Shown piece by piece: positions 58,376 to 64,000 of a stretch of 64,000 bases of DNA. The stretch lies in NCBI GenBank assembly GCA_965277805.1, contig OZ255842.1, forward strand, positions 2,816,001-2,880,000, read 5' to 3'. The notes beneath the pieces were generated by a model. The model worked only from the letters and a program-made list of their open reading frames with translations, was not told where the DNA came from and made no database searches. Position 1 is the stretch's first letter; each line of letters starts with the position of its first letter. Position numbers and translations under genes: made by a program. The stretch is from Candidatus Lustribacter sp. (lineage in GTDB: Bacteria > Vulcanimicrobiota > Vulcanimicrobiia > Vulcanimicrobiales > Vulcanimicrobiaceae).

Positions 58376-59218
58376 ATGCTGCGATCGGTTTTTCTGGCCA
58401 GCGCGGCCAGTGCGCTGGCCACGCGGCCGGCGAGTTTGGACGGCCTCGAACGCCGCGCCGGCGGCCGGCTCGGGGTCTTCGCGATCGACACCGGCAGCGG
58501 ACGCACGTTCGAACACCGCGCGCACGAACGCTTTCCGATGTGCAGCACGTTCAAACTGCTCGCCGTCGGCGCGGTGCTGGCGCGCGTCGATCAGCACAAC
58601 GAAGATCTGGGCCGGCGGGTCGGGTTCACGCAGAGCGATATGCTCGACAACTCACCCGTGACGCAGACCAACCTGAACCTCGCCTCGATGACGATCGGCC
58701 AGTTGTGTGAAGCGGCGATCGTGCAGAGCGACAATACCGCGGCCAACCTGCTGCTGCATTCGCTGCTCGGGCCGGCCGGCGTGACGAAATTTGCGCGCAA
58801 GCTCGGCGATCAGGTAACGCGCCTCGACCGCGACGAACCCGACGTCAACAGTGCGATACCGGGCGACCCGCGCGACACCACCTCGCCCGCGGCCATGGCC
58901 GGCGATGCCCGCGCGCTCGTGCTCGGCACGGTGCTGTCGCCGCGCTTGCGCGCGCGGCTCGTCGCATGGATGCGCGCGTGCGAAACCGGCCGCGACGCGC
59001 TGCGCGCCGGCCTGCCGGCGACCTGGATCACCGGCGATAAGACCGGTTCGGGCGCGCACGGAACGACCAACGACGTGGCCGTGATCTGGCCGCCGCAGCG
59101 CGCACCGATCGTGGTCGCCGCGTACTCCACCGGTTTGCGCGGTTCGAGTGCCGAGCACTATGCGGTGCTAGCCTCGGTCGGCCGTATCGTGTTCCAGGAA
59201 TATCGCCTGGCCCACTGA
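58376..59218 (+). CDS. bla: Class A beta-lactamase
   Basis: STFK (SxxK), SDN, DRDEPDVN (E166/N170), DKTG. Confidence 0.93.
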   Translation: MLRSVFLASAASALATRPASLDGLERRAGGRLGVFAIDTGSGRTFEHRAHERFPMCSTFKLLAVGAVLARVDQHNEDLGRRVGFTQSDMLDNSPVTQTNLNLASMTIGQLCEAAIVQSDNTAANLLLHSLLGPAGVTKFARKLGDQVTRLDRDEPDVNSAIPGDPRDTTSPAAMAGDARALVLGTVLSPRLRARLVAWMRACETGRDALRAGLPATWITGDKTGSGAHGTTNDVAVIWPPQRAPIVVAAYSTGLRGSSAEHYAVLASVGRIVFQEYRLAH

Positions 59219-59250
59219 AGCCCCGGCCGAGCCGACCTGGAAGGGACTAG

Positions 59251-60270
59251 ATGAAATTCATAGCCGTCCTTCTCGCCCTATTGCTGCTACCGGTCTCGGG
59301 CGTCGCGCAAACGCCGGCACCGCCGGACAACGTGAAGCTGCTGATCAATCCGGCGCTGATCTTCGATCTGCCGCTGATGGTGGCGATCGATAAAGGCCTC
59401 TTCGCGCAGCAGCACATCAACGTTCAAGTCGTCGTGCACAGCGGCTCGAGCCAGACGATCATTCCCGAACTCGTGCGCGGCGACGTCGACATCGCGGGCA
59501 TCTCCGCAAACCCCGGCTTCTTCAACCAATTCGCGCAAGGCTTCGATGCGAAGATCATCGCGTCGTCGAGCTCGAGCAAGAAGGGCTGGAATCCGATCGT
59601 GTGGCTTGTCGTGCGCCAAGCCGATTGGGACGCGAAGACGATCCGGCGTCCGGACGATTTGCGGGGCAAGCATTTCGACGGCGCGACGCCCGGCGGCGAA
59701 GGCTGGTATCTATCGCGCCACGTGCTGACCGAGGCCGCGCTCACGCCCGCCGATCTTACGTTCAGCGAACGCTTCACCACCGCCGGCGATTGGCTCTCGT
59801 CGCTGCGCAACATCAACAACGTGCAAGCGGTTTACGAACCGACGGTCACGCAGTTCGAACAGCAGAAAATCGCCCATCGCTGGCTCTCGATCATGGACGT
59901 CGATCCGAGCTATCAAGAGGCCTATTTGGGCGCGTCGGCGCGCACGCTGAAGGCGCGGCCCGACGTGATCCGGCGCTTTCTGATCGCTTACGTCAAGGCG
60001 TCGAAGATCATCGCCGACGGCAACGGCAAGTGGACGCCCGACGTGCTGGCGATCTTCGCGAAGTACTCGGGACTCGCGCCCGATATCATCGCGGCGATTC
60101 CGACGCCGCCGTACACCGGCGAATACGGTACCATCCACACCGAGTCGATCCAGATCGTCCAGCGCTTCTGGCACACGTTCGGTTTAGTGCAGGCCGAAAA
60201 TTCGATCGACACGCTCGCCGATCCGAGCTTCATCACGGCCGCCCAAAAAGCTGCCGGCGTCCGGCATTAG
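59251..60270 (+). CDS. ABC transporter substrate-binding protein (NMT1/SsuA-like), orphan
   Basis: Signal peptide; P..VA.DKG.F, G.VD, DL.GK, PD...RFL.AY. Confidence 0.8.
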   Translation: MKFIAVLLALLLLPVSGVAQTPAPPDNVKLLINPALIFDLPLMVAIDKGLFAQQHINVQVVVHSGSSQTIIPELVRGDVDIAGISANPGFFNQFAQGFDAKIIASSSSSKKGWNPIVWLVVRQADWDAKTIRRPDDLRGKHFDGATPGGEGWYLSRHVLTEAALTPADLTFSERFTTAGDWLSSLRNINNVQAVYEPTVTQFEQQKIAHRWLSIMDVDPSYQEAYLGASARTLKARPDVIRRFLIAYVKASKIIADGNGKWTPDVLAIFAKYSGLAPDIIAAIPTPPYTGEYGTIHTESIQIVQRFWHTFGLVQAENSIDTLADPSFITAAQKAAGVRH

Positions 60271-61307
60271 ACCTGGGCTTCTCTGCGTAACATCTCGGCG
60301 ATGATGCGGCGGCCGAGCAAGCCGCCGCGGTCGATGCCGATGCTCACTTCCGGAACGTTGTCGGGATCGGCCACGAGCGCGCGTTCGAGGCGCTCCAGCG
60401 CTTCTTTATCTTCTTGCACCGTGATGCGCTGACCGCTGAACGGCCGCTTGTGCGGATCGCGCGGCAGATCGCGGCAAATGCCGTAGAAGTTGTGCGTCGT
60501 GTGCTTGGTCTCGGGGGTGATGCCGTAGACCACCTTGGTCCGATGACCGGGTCCGGTATCACCCGCTGCGGCGACGCGCACGTGCAACACGTAGAAGCCC
60601 GGCGCGAAGAATTGGATCTCTTGCGAACGATCGATCGGGCTCGAGAGGCCGCTGCTCTTGGCGTAGTTGGGCGGGCACTCGACGCCGTACATCTTGCGCC
60701 GCACCCACAGCACGTCACCGTCGCGTTCCACCTCGATCGGCGTTTCGGCAACTTCGGGCGAGCCGATGCCGGGATGAAGAAACGTTTCGTGTGAGAGATC
60801 GAGCAGGTTGTCGATCAACAGGCTCGCGCGGGCGTTCAACGGCCCGAGTCCGGTCGTGCTCCACCACTCGCTCGTCCACGGCACGTGCGGAATCTTCGCG
60901 GCGTCGGCCAGTGCCGGATCGCCCGGAAACACCCAGATCTGTCCGAACTGCTCGACCAGCGGAAAGCTGCGCACGTTGGCGGAGAGCGGCACCTTCAGTT
61001 GGCCCGGCACGCTCAAGCACGTGCCGTCCGTATCGAAACGGAAGCCGTGGTAGCCGCACTGCACGACGTCGCCGGTGAGTTTGCCGGCCGAGAGCGGGTA
61101 CTTGCGGTGCGGGCAGCGATCGAGCAGCGCGACGGCCGTGCTGTCGCTGCTGCGATAGAACACCATCGGCTCTTCCGCGATCCGTCGCGGCAACAACTCT
61201 TGCGAGACCTCATCGCTCCACGCGGCGAGATACCAGGCGTTCTTGACGATTCCGTCGCTGGGCGCGGTCTTGGCGATGATATCGGCGGGGCGTTCGATGC
61301 TTTGCAT
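60267..61307 (-). CDS. Rieske non-heme iron oxygenase alpha subunit (VanA-like)
   Basis: CPHR...CGYHG Rieske motif; DNLLDLSHETFLH; QED. Confidence 0.92.
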   Translation of the reverse strand: MQSIERPADIIAKTAPSDGIVKNAWYLAAWSDEVSQELLPRRIAEEPMVFYRSSDSTAVALLDRCPHRKYPLSAGKLTGDVVQCGYHGFRFDTDGTCLSVPGQLKVPLSANVRSFPLVEQFGQIWVFPGDPALADAAKIPHVPWTSEWWSTTGLGPLNARASLLIDNLLDLSHETFLHPGIGSPEVAETPIEVERDGDVLWVRRKMYGVECPPNYAKSSGLSSPIDRSQEIQFFAPGFYVLHVRVAAAGDTGPGHRTKVVYGITPETKHTTHNFYGICRDLPRDPHKRPFSGQRITVQEDKEALERLERALVADPDNVPEVSIGIDRGGLLGRRIIAEMLRREAQV

Positions 61308-61333
61308 GGCGTGAATCCGTCTTTCGTGCAATT

Positions 61334-61347
61334 TTGAGCATGCTCAA
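61334..61347. promoter_or_regulatory. Palindromic operator upstream of the Rieske oxygenase
   Basis: Perfect 14-bp palindrome TTGAGCATGCTCAA within a longer imperfect dyad. Confidence 0.6.
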
Positions 61348-61395
61348 TTTGCGCCGCCGACCGCCCAACCCCCTGCCACGCCACTGTCATCCGCC

Positions 61396-62364
61396 CTAAA
61401 TCGTCAGAAACACCCGGCCCGTGCTGCGACGGGACTCGACCAGTTCGTGTGCCTTGGCCGCCTCGCTGAGCGGGAACCGGCCGCCCTCGAGGATCTTGAC
61501 CTTGCCGTCGGCGACGAGCTTGAACGAGGCCTCGACCGCCGGCCGGATGGCGAGCGGCCGATTGCGGCGGTAGTGTCCGCTGGAATAACCCAGCACGGCC
61601 TGGTTCTGCCGGTGCAGTTTGTCGGTCGAGAGCGAACCGTGGTGACCGCCGGACTGTCCGTAGGTCACCATGCGACCGAAGTGCGCGAGTGCGGTGAGGC
61701 CTTTGGCGAAGACATCGCCGCCGATCGCATCGGCGATCACGTCGACGCCCTTCTTCTCCGTTGCGTCGAGCACGATTTGCGCGAAGTCGTCCTTGGTGTA
61801 ATCGATCGCCACGTCGGCGCCGAAACCGCGTGCGATCTCGAGCTTCGCCGGACTTCCCGCCGTTGCGAAAATGCGCTCGGCGCCGGCGGCCTTCGCCATC
61901 TGCACGAGCACCGAACCCACTCCGCCGGCCGCAGCGTGAATCAGCACGGTTTCGCCGGGCTGAATGCGCGCGGCAAGATGCAAGATGTTCCAGCCCGTGA
62001 CGAGCACCGTCATCGATGCGGCGGCTTCATCGGACATCGATGCATCGACCGGATACACCAGATCTTCCCGCGCGAGCACGACCTCCGCGTACGAACCGCC
62101 GTCGGGGCTCACGGCAACGCGATCGCCCGGCTTCACGCGCGTTACGCCCTCGCCGATGGCGACGACCGTGCCCATGCCGTCGAGCCCGGGCGTAAACGGT
62201 ACCGGCGTCACGCCGGTACCGCGCCGCGCCGCGATGTCGGCAAAGTTCACGCTGGTCAACTTCAGGCGCACCGTTACCTGACCGGGACCGGGAACGGGCT
62301 CCGGACGTTCGCGCCAGAGCAGGTTCTCCGGTCCGCCGATCTCTTCGACGACGACGGCGTGCAT
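61396..62364 (-). CDS. NADPH:quinone oxidoreductase (zeta-crystallin/MDR family)
   Basis: VNFAD, PFTPG, GGSYAE, HAAAGGVG, H..VESRRSTG. Confidence 0.9.
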   Translation of the reverse strand: MHAVVVEEIGGPENLLWRERPEPVPGPGQVTVRLKLTSVNFADIAARRGTGVTPVPFTPGLDGMGTVVAIGEGVTRVKPGDRVAVSPDGGSYAEVVLAREDLVYPVDASMSDEAAASMTVLVTGWNILHLAARIQPGETVLIHAAAGGVGSVLVQMAKAAGAERIFATAGSPAKLEIARGFGADVAIDYTKDDFAQIVLDATEKKGVDVIADAIGGDVFAKGLTALAHFGRMVTYGQSGGHHGSLSTDKLHRQNQAVLGYSSGHYRRNRPLAIRPAVEASFKLVADGKVKILEGGRFPLSEAAKAHELVESRRSTGRVFLTI

Positions 62365-63533
62365 CAGGCGGCTGCGCTCCACAAGCGTTTGGTTGCGATG
62401 CGCGCGCCCTCGGCGATCGAACGCAACTTCGCCCACGCGATCTTCGCATGCGCGACGCGCGGACCGATGCCGCAATCCGTGCCGGCGATGACGTTCTCGC
62501 GCCCGACGACCTTCGCGTAACGCTCGATCCGCTCGGCGACGAGCTCGGGATGCTCGATGAAGTCGGTGCAGTGGCCGACCACGCCCGGCACGAGCACGGC
62601 GTTCGGCGGCAGCTTCACCGTTTCGAACAGATGCCACTCGTGTTCGTGCATCGGGTTCGACGCCTCGATCGAGAAGCGCTCGGCGTTGACTCCGAACACG
62701 ATGTCGATGATATCGGCGAGCGGAATGTCGTTCTGGTGCGGGCCGTGGAAACTGCCCCAGCATACGTGCAGCTGAACCATCTCTTTCGGAATGCCGCGCA
62801 GCGCGTGATTGAGCGCGTCGACGCGGAGCTGCGCGTACGCGCGATAATCGGCCGTCGACATCTCGGGGAACATCTGCCAGCCGTCGGGCAGATCCGGATC
62901 GTCGATCTGCAGCATGAAGCCGGCCTCGACGATCGCCAAATATTCGACGCGCATCGCCTCGGCGATGGCGAACAAGAAATCCTTGGTATTTTTGTAGTAT
63001 TCGTCGTGCAGCCAGTGCTCGATCGTGCCCGGCGTGTTTGCGTTCATAAAGGTGCCCGCAACGTCGAGACCCTTGACGGCCGCTTTGAGATTGTCGATGT
63101 CGGCCTTGAGCGCATCGTGACCGGTGAACTGCAGCGGCGCAACGCAGAACGCTTGCGTGCGTCCGGCTTGCCCGATTGTGTTGCCGCGGCCGGAAGCAAA
63201 GTATTCGGGGAACAGTTTCTCATCGCGGCCCGAGATGTCGAGCGGCGGCGGCCCCTCGCCCGGTCCGAAGTGGCGCGTTTCAAAACCCGTCAAGCGTTCG
63301 CGGCAGTAATTGGTGAAGTTGGTTTTGCTGATCTCACCATCGTTCACGAAGTCCATGCCGCACTCGACCTGACGTTTCACGACGTCGGCCACGCTCTCGC
63401 GCAAACGGCGCGCCAGCACGTTCGGATCGTACGTCTCCCCGCGGGCTTTCGCGAAGACCATGTCTTTGAGATCGTCGGGCCGCGGCAAGGCGCCGGCGTG
63501 CGTGGCGAGGATTCGATCGGTGCTGCGTTTCAT
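62364..63533 (-). CDS. Cobalamin-independent methionine synthase II (MetE C-terminal-like) family
   Basis: THAGALPRP, NDGE, LQIDDP, LHVCWG, GTDCG zinc ligands. Confidence 0.88.
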   Translation of the reverse strand: MKRSTDRILATHAGALPRPDDLKDMVFAKARGETYDPNVLARRLRESVADVVKRQVECGMDFVNDGEISKTNFTNYCRERLTGFETRHFGPGEGPPPLDISGRDEKLFPEYFASGRGNTIGQAGRTQAFCVAPLQFTGHDALKADIDNLKAAVKGLDVAGTFMNANTPGTIEHWLHDEYYKNTKDFLFAIAEAMRVEYLAIVEAGFMLQIDDPDLPDGWQMFPEMSTADYRAYAQLRVDALNHALRGIPKEMVQLHVCWGSFHGPHQNDIPLADIIDIVFGVNAERFSIEASNPMHEHEWHLFETVKLPPNAVLVPGVVGHCTDFIEHPELVAERIERYAKVVGRENVIAGTDCGIGPRVAHAKIAWAKLRSIAEGARIATKRLWSAAA

Positions 63534-63547
63534 CGAGGGCAGCGCTT

Positions 63548-64000
63548 CTACCGAAGGGAAGGGCGCCCTCTTTGATAGACTTTGAGCTGCGTATAGGCGG
63601 CGGAAAGGAGGGGTGTTGCAACCCCGAAACCGCGCGCGCGCTCGACCAGATCGCCGAGAATCTGGTCGGCTTCGACGTCGTTGCCGCTTTGCAAATCGCG
63701 ATACATCGAGGATGCTTGCATCGAGCTCGAACTCGAACTTGCGCGCGCGCGTTCAACGAAAGCCGCCGGCATCGGATAGCCGGCGGCAGCCGATACCGCC
63801 ATGACCTCATCGAGCATCGCCGACGTGAATTCCGTTCCGCCCGGAACGGAGACGATCTCGCCGACCGTGCCGCGCATCAGACACGTAACCGCACCGAGCG
63901 TCGCGAGCATCACCCACTTCTGCCACATCTCGGCGATGATGTTGGTTGAAGCGCGAGCGTTGAAACCGGCATTCTGCAGCGTCGCGTCGACTGCGCGCAC
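63548..64000 (-). CDS. panE: Ketopantoate reductase family, C-terminal part (runs off window)
   Basis: MWQKW, SSMYRDL..G...EAD.I.G. Confidence 0.85.
   Translation of the reverse strand: MRAVDATLQNAGFNARASTNIIAEMWQKWVMLATLGAVTCLMRGTVGEIVSVPGGTEFTSAMLDEVMAVSAAAGYPMPAAFVERARASSSSSSMQASSMYRDLQSGNDVEADQILGDLVERARGFGVATPLLSAAYTQLKVYQRGRPSLR

Overview
High-GC bacterial chromosome segment, mostly housekeeping. It mixes Firmicutes-style features (aroH, GSI-alpha-type glnA, yabE-rsmA, tilS-hpt-ftsH, a GAAC-N4-GTTC LexA box) with a TonB/ExbBD system. That suggests a diderm Terrabacteria lineage such as Eremiobacterota/Vulcanimicrobiota (inference only). It holds about 75 CDS, one tRNA-Ser(UGA) flanked by a ~3 kb decayed island, scattered aromatic-catabolism genes, a class A beta-lactamase and an orphan flagellin. 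Most unusual signals: (1) a Rho homolog with an intact RNA-binding domain but destroyed ATPase motifs; (2) a near-consensus sigma70 promoter with a perfect LexA box driving an RNase H-fold protein lacking catalytic residues plus a 3-methyladenine glycosylase; (3) a degenerate glutamine synthetase overlapping a PucR-type regulator, and an amt gene with no adjacent glnK but a multi-stem 5' leader; (4) an exported M16 peptidase pair in which both partners lack HXXEH; (5) several genes whose conserved N-termini appear to need CTG or ATC start codons. All family calls are by eye from motifs; no database searches were run.
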